This document shows positions 50,106 to 60,122 of a stretch of 64,000 nucleotides of DNA, in pieces (position 1 is the stretch's first letter; every line of letters starts with the position of its first letter). The translations under genes and the position numbers were made by a program. Below the pieces are notes generated by a model, which saw only the letters and a program-made list of their open reading frames with translations, made no database searches and was not told the origin of the DNA. Source of the DNA: an uncultured Clostridiaceae bacterium (GTDB lineage: Bacteria > Bacillota > Clostridia > TANB77 > CAG-508); contig CAOJVB010000006.1 in NCBI GenBank assembly GCA_948444845.1, forward strand, positions 1,252 through 65,251, read 5' to 3'.

Positions 50106-51815
50106 TTATTGTCCTATTACATCTAAGTTTGCTTGCCTTTTTATTTTATTTGTTGAGGTTTTTATTAGTGGTTCTTCGGTTAGCATTATTCCTCTTATTG
50201 CTTTATATGGTGGCATTTTTTTATTGATTTCTTTTATTTTTTCAAATAATACATTATATATTTCTTCATCTGTTTTTACTTTGTATGTTTCTTGTATTAT
50301 TTTTCTATCAAATACAATTTTGACATTTATTTTTATATTTTCTTTATCTTCTGATTGGCTTTTTCCAAATATAAATGATTCTTGTATTCCTTCTATTTTG
50401 TTTACTAAGTTTTCCATTTCTTCTGGGAATATGTTTTTTCCATTTTTTAAAACTATTACGCTCTTTTTCCTTCCCTTAATGAATATATAGCCTTCTTCAT
50501 CTATTTTTGCTAAGTCTCCTGTATGAAACCATCCATTTTTTATTGCTTCTTTTGTTGCTTTCTTGTTATCATAGTATCCTAACATTATGTTTGGCCCTTT
50601 TACTATTAACTCACCTATTCCTTCTTTATTTGCATCTACTATTTTTGCTTTTACACTTGGAACTGCTTTTCCTATGCTTCCTAACTTGTATTCTTTATTT
50701 GTTCCAATTCCTATAACTGGTGATGTTTCTGTTAGACCATATCCTTGTACTAGGTTTATTCCTAATAGTCTATATTTTTCTTCTATTTTTTTGTCTAGTG
50801 CTGCTGCTCCACTTATGAATAGTTTTATTTTTCCGCCTATCATGTTATGTATTTCACTGAAGGCTTTTTTTCTTTCTTCCATTGTAGAATTTCTGTATTT
50901 TTCTTCTTTTTCTAGTATTTCTTCTAGTTTTCCTTTTTTCTCTATATTTCTTCTAATTGCGAAAAATAGTCTTTCATATATTCCTGGTACACATGCCATT
51001 ACTGTTACTTCATATTCATTTAGGTTATCTATAATATGTCTTATTCCATCACAAAAGGCAATTTGCGAACCTTTGTATAGTGAAAATAAGAAGCCTACTG
51101 TACATTCAAATACATGGTGGTCTGGCAATACTGAAAGTATTGTATCTTGGTCGTTTACATCTAATATACTTCCTATATCCATTAGGTTTGAACATATATT
51201 TTTATGTGAAAGTGCTACTACTTTTGAGTTTGATGTTGTTCCTGATGTGAATAGCATTATACTCATTTCTTCTGGGTTTATTTTTGCATTTATAAATCTT
51301 GTGTCTTTATTTTCTATTAGTGTACAGCCTTTTTTTATTAGTTCTTCTTGTGAATAGATTCCTTGTGTACTTATATTTCTGTCCATTGAAATTAGGTGTT
51401 TTAGCTTATTTTTTGTGCTATATTTTATTTTCTTTATTGTTTCTTCATATTTACTTGAATAAAATATTGCTTCTACTTCTGCTCTTTGTATTAATGATGA
51501 TAGTTCATTTTCTGGTAATGATTTATCTAATGGTACTACTACTCCTGTTCCACATACTACTGATAAGTAAGCAATTTCCCATTCTAGTCTGTTTTCTCCA
51601 ATTATTGCTATTCTTTTTCCTTGTAATCCAATATCAATTAAAGCTGTTCCTAGTGCATTTACCATTTCTCTTACTTTATCATGTGTATATATTTTATAAT
51701 TTCCTTCTGATTCTTTTATTTTGTATGCTGGTCTATTTTTATATAATTGTTTCGTTTTAGTTAACATGTCTTTTAAGTCTGTTATTTCTAATGTTTCATA
51801 TAACTTTTCACTCAT
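50106..51815 (-). CDS. Long-chain acyl-CoA synthetase (AMP-forming adenylation family)
   Basis: LFTSGTTSNSKVV (AMP motif), YGLTET, WFHTGDLA, GRKKSVIVLKNGKNIFPEE. Confidence 0.85.
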   Translation of the reverse strand: MSEKLYETLEITDLKDMLTKTKQLYKNRPAYKIKESEGNYKIYTHDKVREMVNALGTALIDIGLQGKRIAIIGENRLEWEIAYLSVVCGTGVVVPLDKSLPENELSSLIQRAEVEAIFYSSKYEETIKKIKYSTKNKLKHLISMDRNISTQGIYSQEELIKKGCTLIENKDTRFINAKINPEEMSIMLFTSGTTSNSKVVALSHKNICSNLMDIGSILDVNDQDTILSVLPDHHVFECTVGFLFSLYKGSQIAFCDGIRHIIDNLNEYEVTVMACVPGIYERLFFAIRRNIEKKGKLEEILEKEEKYRNSTMEERKKAFSEIHNMIGGKIKLFISGAAALDKKIEEKYRLLGINLVQGYGLTETSPVIGIGTNKEYKLGSIGKAVPSVKAKIVDANKEGIGELIVKGPNIMLGYYDNKKATKEAIKNGWFHTGDLAKIDEEGYIFIKGRKKSVIVLKNGKNIFPEEMENLVNKIEGIQESFIFGKSQSEDKENIKINVKIVFDRKIIQETYKVKTDEEIYNVLFEKIKEINKKMPPYKAIRGIMLTEEPLIKTSTNKIKRQANLDVIGQ

Positions 51816-51941
51816 TTTTTATACCTCTCTTTTTAATATTTTATATCATACTTTTTTTAAAATTTCTTTAGAATGGGTGGTCAGTATAATGTATTTTTAT
51901 AAAAAGAGATTTTTAGGTACGTCCCAAAAATCTCTTTATTG

Positions 51942-54378
51942 TTATTCAAATAAGTTTAGTTGTTCTATATTACTTCTTAAATATACTTGCTCTAATGAAG
52001 TATCCAAGGCTACGTCGCCGTTTATTCGGGCGTCTTCTATGTTTAGGAAGCTATTGTTTGTGTATTTACTGCTTCTTAGTGCTAGTTGGTATATTAGGGT
52101 GAATTTGTCTGTTATTGAGCTTTGGCTTAGGTCTGATAGGCATATCATTTGGGTGTTGAATCTTTTTGATATTTCTATCATTGGTTCTAATAGGTGTTTT
52201 GATGATGTTTTTCCGAATGGATTGTCTAGTACGAATACTTTTGAGCTTTCTGCTTTTTCATCTTCTCCCATATTTTCTAGTTCTTTTTTTCTTGTGTACT
52301 GGGTTAGGGCTGATAGTAGTGCGAAACATGCTATGAATTTTTGTCCTCCTGAGTTTTCTATTATTACTTCTTCCCATTGCCTTAAACCACTATTTTTATT
52401 TTCTATGTCAAATTTGTATAGTTTTACTTTTATTGTTTCTATGTCTAGTGTTAGGTTTAATAGTACTCTATCTGATAAGCAGGCTATCACTTTATTTTCT
52501 ATTGTTTTTCGTATATCATCAGTGTGCTTACATTCTTCTCTTAAGTCTCGTATACATTCTTCTATGTGGCTTTCTATTCTTTTTTCTACATATTCCTTTA
52601 GCTCTTGTGGAATTTCTATTTTTAGAATTTGTACATATCTTTCCCCTATTTTTATTCTTGAAGATTCTGATATTTGTTTCATTTCTTGGTATAGCATAAT
52701 TCCTTGTTTTACTGCATGTTCTAATATGTTTTTCTTATCTTTTTCAATATTTTGAAGTGATAGGTTTAATATTCCTATATATTCTGTTAATTTCTTTATA
52801 CATAGTTCCATTCTTTCATAAATATAATAATATGTTTCGAAGTTTCCTTCTTGTGTACTTTGTAAATTTACATTTTCTAAAAAAGAACTTATAATTCTAT
52901 GTTTATTTTTGTAATTGTTACTTATTTCTAAATGTTTTCTATAACATTTATCTTTGCTTTTATTATTTTCACTTTTTAGTTCTTTATATTTACTTATTAA
53001 TTCTTGCAAATTTACTTTTTCTAGTTCTATTTTTTGGAATTCTTGGGTTATATTTTTTACATCTACATTTCTTTCGATATCATTTATTTGTTTTTGCATT
53101 TTATTATTTTTCATTATATATTCTTTTTGTTTTTTCTTGCCTTCTTCTTTTGCTATATTAATATCATTTTTCCTTTGGCTATAATTTCCTTTTATTTTGC
53201 TTCCACTAATAGGCTCTTCTTTTCCTAATTTTTTAAGGTTATTATATGTTGTTTGAAATAGTGTTTCTGCTTTTGCATATTTTTCTCTGGCTTTATCTGA
53301 TATATCTCTTTTTTCTTCTAGTTTATTTTCCTCTTCTTCTTTTCTTTCTTTGCATAAATCTTCTATTTCTTCTGAATAGGTAATAGTTATATATTCTTCT
53401 TCATTTATATCACTATAATCTTTGCGCTTTTCTTTTGCTTTTTCTTCTATAATAGTATTTTGGTTTGATATTTCGTCATTTATTTGTTCAATACTTTGCC
53501 TATATTCTTTACTTAAACTATCGTACCTTGCTTCTAATTCTTGTATAGAAATATTTAGTAGTTCTTCACTTTCTCTTTTTGGTATTTTTATTTGCTTTTC
53601 TTTTAATTTTTTTAATTCATTAGATATGTTAATTTTATTTACTCTATTTTCTTCATTCTTCTTTTCCGCTTCTTCCATTTGTTTTTCTATATTTTCATTT
53701 TCTTTTCTATTTGAGTTAATTTCATTTTCGTATGCTTCTTTTTCTTTTACATTCTCTAAATAGCAAATATTATTTTCTAAATACTTTAAGAAATCTTTTT
53801 CTTCTTGCTCTTTTTCTTTTAGAAATACCTCATTTTTTTGTATGTCCTTACTTCTATTTTCTATTTCCTTTTCCCAGTTTTTTGTACTTTTATTTTTATA
53901 TTCTAGAGATCTTTCTTCTAATAGTTTAAAATTGCAAGCAATTGTTTTCAAAAAATTATTTTTATCATTTGTAACTACCTTATACATTTTATTCGCTCTT
54001 TTATATATTTCTTTTTTATTTGAATTTATATATCTATATTCTGTTGATATTAAATTTTTGTATTTTACATCTTTTTCATCATATTTTAAAAGATGCATTA
54101 CATTTATTTCTTTTGGAACTGGTATCATTGCTAATTGCTAATGGGATATTTTTTCTATCATATATGAATAAAAAACTAGGATTATTTTTATATTTTTTAT
54201 AATGTTCTTTATATGAGTACAATGGCACAAAGTATTCGTAATTTTCTATTTTTAGTACTACTCCTAAATATGGTCTACTATGCTCTTTTTCATCTTTATT
54301 ATAGCTTATATGTTTTTCATACTTACTTAAATATTTAATATAATTTTCATCAATAGTATAAAATAATAGTTCTTCCAT
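51942..54378 (-). pseudogene. AbiQ/ToxN-like domain fused to a ~640 aa coiled-coil / ABC-signature tail; reading frame broken by a 7-bp tandem duplication
   Basis: ORFs 54079-54378 and 51942-54128 overlap at TTGCTAATTGCTAA (54128-54141). Removing one TTGCTAA gives one 810-codon frame (...NIPLAMIPVPKE...). The tail has SGGQKF (ABC signature-like) and VFVLDNPFGKTSS (Walker B-like). I see no Walker A. Confidence 0.65.
53889..54378 (-). other. AbiQ/ToxN-like (type III toxin endoribonuclease family) domain
   Basis: MEELLFYTIDENYIKYLSKYEKHISYNKDEKEHSRPYLGVVLKIENYEYFVPLYS ... MIPVP ... CNFKLLEE resembles my recollection of the AbiQ/ToxN pattern (Y.V...Y..YL...D..V......RPY.G......YFAPLSS, NMIPV, CNFKLLE). 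Confidence 0.6.
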
Positions 54379-54402
54379 TTACTTCCTCTTTCTATTTTTT
54401 TA

Positions 54403-54436
54403 TGCAAAAAGGGAGTACACTTTTTAATGTACCCCC
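54403..54436 (-). terminator. Stem-loop plus U-run immediately upstream of the AbiQ-like start
   Basis: In the minus sense: GGGGGTACA-ttaaaaag-TGTACTCCC followed by TTTTTGC. Known type III TA loci have a terminator between the antitoxin RNA repeats and the toxin gene. Confidence 0.6.
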
Positions 54437-54607
54437 AATAATTTAAAACAGCTCATTTATAAGGCTTGAGCTTTACCTAATTTCATAACGTTCTTTTTTA
54501 GGTTAGAACTTCCTATTAGTAATCACAATAGATTACTCTTCTAGTATATTTATTATAATACTATTTTATTCATTATGTCAATATAATTTTAATATTTTTT
54601 TGAATTC

Positions 54608-54702
54608 TTATTCTTCTACCTTTACAAACATATCTTTTCCAACTCCACATAATGGTCATACCTAGTCTTTTTGTAGGTCTTCGAATTTTACCTTTTCTAC
54701 TT
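54608..54702 (-). pseudogene. Degenerate duplicate of the 3' part of the rubredoxin gene
   Basis: About 95 bp that by eye differs at only about nine positions from 56307-56401, with the frame corrupted. Confidence 0.8.
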
Positions 54703-54712
54703 ATTAGCATAA

Positions 54713-56014
54713 TTATCTTATTAGAAACGCTGCATATAAAGGTATTGATTTTATTCCATTATGGAATCCAAAATTTTTGCTAGAAATTCTTATAGAGTAT
54801 TTTGGATTGTTTTGTTTTATATAACTATTTAAACTTTTTGAAGTTGTATTGTCAGATGCTTTTACTTCAATTGGAATTAGTCCATCTTGATTATATAAAA
54901 TAAAATCTATTTCAGCATCACTGTTTGACTTCCAATAATACAAACTAACTCCATTTCTTACTAATGTTTGTGCTACATAATTTTCTGCAATATTTCCTTT
55001 ATATAAAAAACTATTATCTAAAAGAATATCATTATATTGAATTTCTAATAATGATGTAAGTAAGCCTACATCACTTATATATAATTTGAAATATTCCTCA
55101 TCTGCATATGCTTTTGGTGGAATTTGAATTGATTTTAGTAAGTTGCATTTATATATCATAGTACTTGAAATTAGCCATTGCATTGATGTTTCATAGTCTC
55201 TACTTCTTGCATTTGAATTTATTTTTGAATATTGGAATTTATTACTTGTGTTTCCAAGTTGACTTGGTATTGATTTGTATATTGCTTCTATCTTTGACTT
55301 TTCCGTATTATTAAGAATATATTGATTCATATCATTTAAATATGACTCAATAATATTTTTGATTATTCCTTTATCAAAATCAAAAATATTTTGATTTACA
55401 TCTATTATATTTTGCACTGCTTGTGGCATGCCTCCAATACATAAATATAACCTATACAAGTTTAATAGTTTTTCATGTAATGCATTAGTTATAGGTGTCA
55501 TTTGCTCATAACATTTATATATTTCATCTATTAGTCCTTGACTAGATGTTGCCATTAAAAATTCTTCAAAATCCATTGGGTACATATATTCCATTTTAAC
55601 TTTTCCTACTGGAAAAGAAGAATGAAATCGATTTATTTTCACTCCTAACAAGCTCCCCGCACATATTATTTTATATGGCTTTTCTGATTCACAAAAATAC
55701 TTTAAATTACTAATTAATTTTTCACTAAGCTGAATTTCATCAAAAAATATTATTGTTTTTTCTAAATCTATGTTATTATTTAATATCCATTGCATTTTTG
55801 TAAATTTTTCCTCTGTTGAAATTGGTTGTTCAAATAAATCAACAATTTGAGGATTATCTAATAAATTAATATAAATATAATTTTCGAATTCGTTTTTGCA
55901 AAACTCATTTATAACATATGTTTTACCTATTTGTCTTGCTCCTATAATCATTAAAGGTGTATCAATAAAGTTTTCTTTCCAATACAATAAATTATTATAA
56001 ATTTTTCTTTTCAT
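54713..56014 (-). CDS. AAA+ ATPase with DUF4143-type C-terminal domain
   Basis: IIGARQIGKTY Walker A and IIFFDEIQ Walker B. The overall pattern matches the common 'ATPase, DUF4143' family. Confidence 0.8.
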   Translation of the reverse strand: MKRKIYNNLLYWKENFIDTPLMIIGARQIGKTYVINEFCKNEFENYIYINLLDNPQIVDLFEQPISTEEKFTKMQWILNNNIDLEKTIIFFDEIQLSEKLISNLKYFCESEKPYKIICAGSLLGVKINRFHSSFPVGKVKMEYMYPMDFEEFLMATSSQGLIDEIYKCYEQMTPITNALHEKLLNLYRLYLCIGGMPQAVQNIIDVNQNIFDFDKGIIKNIIESYLNDMNQYILNNTEKSKIEAIYKSIPSQLGNTSNKFQYSKINSNARSRDYETSMQWLISSTMIYKCNLLKSIQIPPKAYADEEYFKLYISDVGLLTSLLEIQYNDILLDNSFLYKGNIAENYVAQTLVRNGVSLYYWKSNSDAEIDFILYNQDGLIPIEVKASDNTTSKSLNSYIKQNNPKYSIRISSKNFGFHNGIKSIPLYAAFLIR

Positions 56015-56075
56015 ATAAATCTCCTTTTATACGGTTTCTAATTATATTATATTCTACTTTTTATAAATTATCAAG

Positions 56076-56166
56076 TTTTTTCACGTTTTTTGGAGATGTT
56101 TTATACTGTTTTTTCACAAAAAACGGAGATTGTTTTAAGGTATTTTTCACTGAAATTGGAGATAAC
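56076..56166. promoter_or_regulatory. Three direct repeats TTTTTCAC-N7-8-GGAGAT upstream of the DUF4143 ATPase gene
   Basis: TTTTTTCACGTTTTTTGGAGATG, TTTTTTCACAAAAAACGGAGATT and ATTTTTCACTGAAATTGGAGATA, spaced about 33 bp apart. Function is unknown. Confidence 0.4.
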
Positions 56167-56306
56167 TATAATAATTGTTCCATTATTTGCTTTTATTTCA
56201 ACGGTAATTAAAAAATATTCATTTCCTACAAATACATTTTAATTAAAAAACCCGCACAAGGAAATGTGAGGGTTTGCTTTAAGCTTTATTATAATATTTT
56301 TTTAAT

Positions 56307-56444
56307 TTATTCTTCTACCTTTACAAACATATCTTTTCCAACCCCACATAATGGGCATACCCAATCTTCTGGTAGGTCTTCGAATTTTACTTTTTCTACT
56401 TCTTCATCATATACATATCCGCATACTGTACATTCATATTTCAT
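56307..56444 (-). CDS. Rubredoxin
   Basis: Own translation gives [45 protein letters not shown]. It is below the ORF-track cutoff. An alternative ATG lies at 56450. Confidence 0.85.
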   Translation of the reverse strand: MKYECTVCGYVYDEEVEKVKFEDLPEDWVCPLCGVGKDMFVKVEE

Positions 56445-56465
56445 ATACATTTCACCTCCTTATAT

Positions 56466-57626
56466 TTATATAATGTTTTGTGCAAGTTTTTTCATTTCTT
56501 CTTCGTTTTCTTTACTCATTGTTGTTTTTATATGAATTATTGGTTCTATTATGGTTATATCTTTCATTTGCTCTAATAGTTCTTTCATATTTTTTGCAGC
56601 TACTGGTGCCCATGAGCCATTTTCTATTATTGCTACTGTTCTATTTTGATAATTTTTATGTTTTAAATGCCTTAGGAATTTTTCCATGTATGGGAATAAT
56701 CCTGCATCATATGTTGGACATGCTAGTATCATTTTGTCATATCTAAATGCATCTTCTATTACTTCTGCCATGTCTTCTCTTGCTAAGTCTGATGTTATTA
56801 CCTTTTTGGCACCTGTTTTAATTAAAATTTCTTCTAACCTTTCTATTGCTTTTTTTGTATTTCCATGTATTGAGTTATATGCTATAAGTATTCCCCCATC
56901 TTCTGGTTTATAACTACTCCATATATCATATTTATTAATATAGTAGCTTAGGTTTTCTTTTAGTATTGGTCCATGTAGTGGGCATATTGTTTGTATTTCT
57001 AAATTTGCTAGCTTTTTTAGTAATGCTTGTACTTGCATTCCATATTTTCCTACTATATTAAAGTAGTATCTTCTTGCTTCACATGTCCAGTCTTCTTTTG
57101 TGTCTAGGCTTCCAAATTTTCCGAAGGCATCTGCTGTAAATAGTATTTTCTCTGTTTCTTCATATGTTACCATTACTTCTGGCCAGTGTACCATTGGTGC
57201 CATATAGAATTTTAGAGTGTGTTTTCCTATGTTTAGCGTATCTCCTTCTTTTACTATAACTTGCCTATCATTTAGGTCTATTTCAAAAAATTGTGGTAGC
57301 ATTTTGAATGTTAGTGCATTTCCTACTATTTTCATATTTGGATATTTTTGTGTCAAAATCTTTATGCTTGATGAGTGGTCTGGCTCTAAGTGTGATACTA
57401 CTAAGTAATCTATTTGCTTTCCATCTAATTCTTTTTCTAAATTATTCCACCATTCTTCTTGTTTTCTTTTATCTACTGTGTCCATAACTACTATTTTTTC
57501 GTCTTTTATTATATATGAATTATATGATATTCCATTTGGTATTATATATTGACTTTCGAATAAGTCTAAGTCTTTATCATTTACTCCTATATATTTTATA
57601 GAGTCTGTTACTTGTGTTTCTTCCAT
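56466..57626 (-). CDS. Flavodiiron protein (FprA-type A-type flavoprotein)
   Basis: MBL-like N-domain with HLEPDHS and a flavodoxin-like C-domain. It sits next to rubredoxin, as is typical. Confidence 0.9.
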   Translation of the reverse strand: MEETQVTDSIKYIGVNDKDLDLFESQYIIPNGISYNSYIIKDEKIVVMDTVDKRKQEEWWNNLEKELDGKQIDYLVVSHLEPDHSSSIKILTQKYPNMKIVGNALTFKMLPQFFEIDLNDRQVIVKEGDTLNIGKHTLKFYMAPMVHWPEVMVTYEETEKILFTADAFGKFGSLDTKEDWTCEARRYYFNIVGKYGMQVQALLKKLANLEIQTICPLHGPILKENLSYYINKYDIWSSYKPEDGGILIAYNSIHGNTKKAIERLEEILIKTGAKKVITSDLAREDMAEVIEDAFRYDKMILACPTYDAGLFPYMEKFLRHLKHKNYQNRTVAIIENGSWAPVAAKNMKELLEQMKDITIIEPIIHIKTTMSKENEEEMKKLAQNII

Positions 57627-57674
57627 TTTTGCCTCCTCTTTTTTGGGGATTATATTATTTATTTGTGTTAATAA

Positions 57675-58025
57675 TTAATTTTGTTTTTCTATTATTTTCT
57701 TCAAGTCTTCCTTTAATTTAATAATATCTTCTGTTATAATATCCCAAATAAAGTTTAATTTTATTCCTTCATAATCATGTACAATCTTATTTCGCAAATT
57801 TTTTATAATAATCCATTCTATATTTGGATATTCCTGCATTGTTTCTTTACTAATATTTTTTACTAATTCTCCTATTTGGCTTATCGCAAAAACTGTTGCA
57901 TCTATTTTTTCTTCATTTTTCGAAAAAGTTTCAAAGTCACAATCTTTAGTATATCTTAATGCTTTATCAATATAATCTATCATCTTTTTTAATGATATAT
58001 ATTCTTTATTTTTCATACACAACAA
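57675..58025 (-). CDS. HepT-like (DUF86) RNase toxin
   Basis: RNKIVHDY matches the Rx4HxY HEPN motif. It overlaps the MNT gene. Confidence 0.85.
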   Translation of the reverse strand: MLCMKNKEYISLKKMIDYIDKALRYTKDCDFETFSKNEEKIDATVFAISQIGELVKNISKETMQEYPNIEWIIIKNLRNKIVHDYEGIKLNFIWDIITEDIIKLKEDLKKIIEKQN

Positions 58026-58314
58026 CTCCTGTTTCTTTAATTTCTTTATCTATTTTAGAATCTGCTATAATTTCATATTTTTCAAACCCATCTATTTCTT
58101 TTTGTAGCTTTTCTTGTATTTGACATATCAATTTTAATAAAGCAAAACCTTTTAATGTTGATTTTGTATCTATCACTAAGTCTATATCGCTTTTTTTATC
58201 AGCCTCTTTTTTTGCATATGAACCAAATAATATTACTTGATATACAGGTTCATTTTTTAATACTTCTTGTAGCATTTCTCGTATTTCTTCAATTGTATAT
58301 ATTTTTTCACTCAT
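58006..58314 (-). CDS. MNT-type nucleotidyltransferase antitoxin
   Basis: ILFGSYAKKEADKKSDIDLVID carries the GS...DxD nucleotidyltransferase motif. Confidence 0.85.
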   Translation of the reverse strand: MSEKIYTIEEIREMLQEVLKNEPVYQVILFGSYAKKEADKKSDIDLVIDTKSTLKGFALLKLICQIQEKLQKEIDGFEKYEIIADSKIDKEIKETGVVVYEK

Positions 58315-58390
58315 AGTTAATTTCTCCTATCTTTTTTATTTTATCATATTTTATAATAGTATACTACTTTTTTAATATATTATCTCTTTA

Positions 58391-58672
58391 TTACTTACAC
58401 CATTTTTTGCAATTTTCTATACGTAGTCCATTGTCTCCGTTTTCTTTATCATAAGCAAATGCTTCCAATAAATTACAAGCAAATTTTTCACATTTACCAC
58501 AACATTCAAGCTTTTTACTTTCACAGCATTCTTTAACTGGACATGTATCAGCCCAAAATGGTTTCTTTATATTTATGCATCCATTACATACTTTTTCTTT
58601 CATAAACTTACATTCACTACAATCAATTCCACACCTTGATTTGATTTCTGTTTTTATTTCTACACCTAGCAT
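58391..58672 (-). CDS. Cys-rich DUF3795-like protein
   Basis: CGIDCSECKF...CNGC...CPVKECC...CCGKCEKFAC pattern. Confidence 0.65.
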   Translation of the reverse strand: MLGVEIKTEIKSRCGIDCSECKFMKEKVCNGCINIKKPFWADTCPVKECCESKKLECCGKCEKFACNLLEAFAYDKENGDNGLRIENCKKWCK

Positions 58673-58705
58673 ATTATTTTTTCCTCATTTCTATAATTAA
58701 TAAAT

Positions 58706-58891
58706 TTATAATACTAATGCTTTCTTTGGGCAAAAATTTGAGCATTTACCACATTTTATACATTTGTCATGGTTTATTTCAGGTGCTTCAAAGTCTTTTT
58801 GTTTTAATGCTCCTACTGGGCAAACTTGTACTGCAGGGCATTTATGATTTTGTGGGCAGTTTTCTACTATTATTTTTAATCTTTTTTCCAT
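58706..58891 (-). CDS. Small 4Fe-4S ferredoxin-type protein
   Basis: CPVGAL and CIKCGKCSNFCP cluster motifs. Confidence 0.75.
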   Translation of the reverse strand: MEKRLKIIVENCPQNHKCPAVQVCPVGALKQKDFEAPEINHDKCIKCGKCSNFCPKKALVL

Positions 58892-59079
58892 ATTTTTTTC
58901 TCCTACATATTACTACTTTATTTGCTTTAACTTATGTTTAGTTTCCTTATTAATTAGCCTATTACTTTAACATGTTATCATAAAAATAGATAATTAGCAA
59001 TGCTAACTATCTACTATTTTTTAGTTTTTAAGTAGTGGCACAAAAATCATAATAAAAGTAATATGTAGAAAGTTTACTA

Positions 59080-60114
59080 CTATTTACAATTACTTCTAAT
59101 AAGCTCCTTATATTGTTCAACAAGCTTATATAAACTATCGGCACAAACATATTCATCTACTTCGTGTGCTGTTATTGGGCCTGCACCTAATATAAGGCAA
59201 TTGCTTTTTAGGAAACTTGCTTCTGTAATGAAATTACATGTTTTTGATGATAAATTTGATTTGTTAAAAAATGCAGATACTTTATTAATTTCTCGAACAT
59301 TAGCCATATATTTTTCTTTTAGAGTTTCTATTTTATTGCTTATTTTTTCTTCTGATTTTTTATCAATAGTTCTAAAGTCAACTAAAAATTCGCATGAATC
59401 TGGTACTGAATTGATTGCACTACCTCCTTTTATTTTTCCTATATTCATTGTTGTATAAGGTATTTCAAAGTTTTTATTTAAATTACTTTTTATTTCAGTT
59501 TGATAAAATTCGTTTAATTCATTTATAAATGATATTGCACTCATAATGGCACTTTTACCTTTTTCTGGTGTACTTGAGTGTGTTTTTATACCTTTAAATG
59601 AAATTTTATATTCCATCAATCCTTTGCTTCCAACTATAATTTCATTATTTGTAGGTTCTCCTATTATCATTGTTTCTGGGAAGTTAGTTTCATAATTTAC
59701 TACATCTTTTACTCCTGAAAATCCAATTTCTTCATCATATGTAAAATATAATTTTATTCCTTTTCTCAAATTATTAAAATCAATTTGAGATATAGCTGAA
59801 ATTATTGATGCGATTCCAGCTTTCATGTCGCAAACACCTAAACCATATATTTTATTATTAACTTTTGTTAATGCAAATTTTTCATATTTCCAACCGTCTG
59901 TAAATTCAACAGTATCAGTGTGTCCTAAAAATCCTAGTGCTGTTTCATCTTTGTTAGACATAATTAAAATCTTATCTCTCTTTTCTGTTTTGAAACCCAT
60001 TAAACTCATTGTATCTTGTATATAATCTAATATTTTCTCATTTTCCTTATCATTAATTGTATTGCATTTTACTAAATTTTCTAAAACATTTTCTACGTTT
60101 AACATTTTCTGCAC
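59080..60114 (-). CDS. M20-family metallopeptidase / deacylase (ArgE/DapE-like)
   Basis: GHTDTV, GVCDMKAG, DEEIG, GEPT motifs. Confidence 0.8.
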   Translation of the reverse strand: MQKMLNVENVLENLVKCNTINDKENEKILDYIQDTMSLMGFKTEKRDKILIMSNKDETALGFLGHTDTVEFTDGWKYEKFALTKVNNKIYGLGVCDMKAGIASIISAISQIDFNNLRKGIKLYFTYDEEIGFSGVKDVVNYETNFPETMIIGEPTNNEIIVGSKGLMEYKISFKGIKTHSSTPEKGKSAIMSAISFINELNEFYQTEIKSNLNKNFEIPYTTMNIGKIKGGSAINSVPDSCEFLVDFRTIDKKSEEKISNKIETLKEKYMANVREINKVSAFFNKSNLSSKTCNFITEASFLKSNCLILGAGPITAHEVDEYVCADSLYKLVEQYKELIRSNCK

Positions 60115-60122
60115 CTCCCAAT

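Noticed and set aside
54437-54607. ToxI/antiQ-like tandem RNA repeats upstream of the AbiQ-like gene
   Set aside because: I found no tandem direct repeats of 30-40 nt, only isolated short hairpins (for example AGTAATC-acaata-GATTACT). The antitoxin, if any, remains unidentified.
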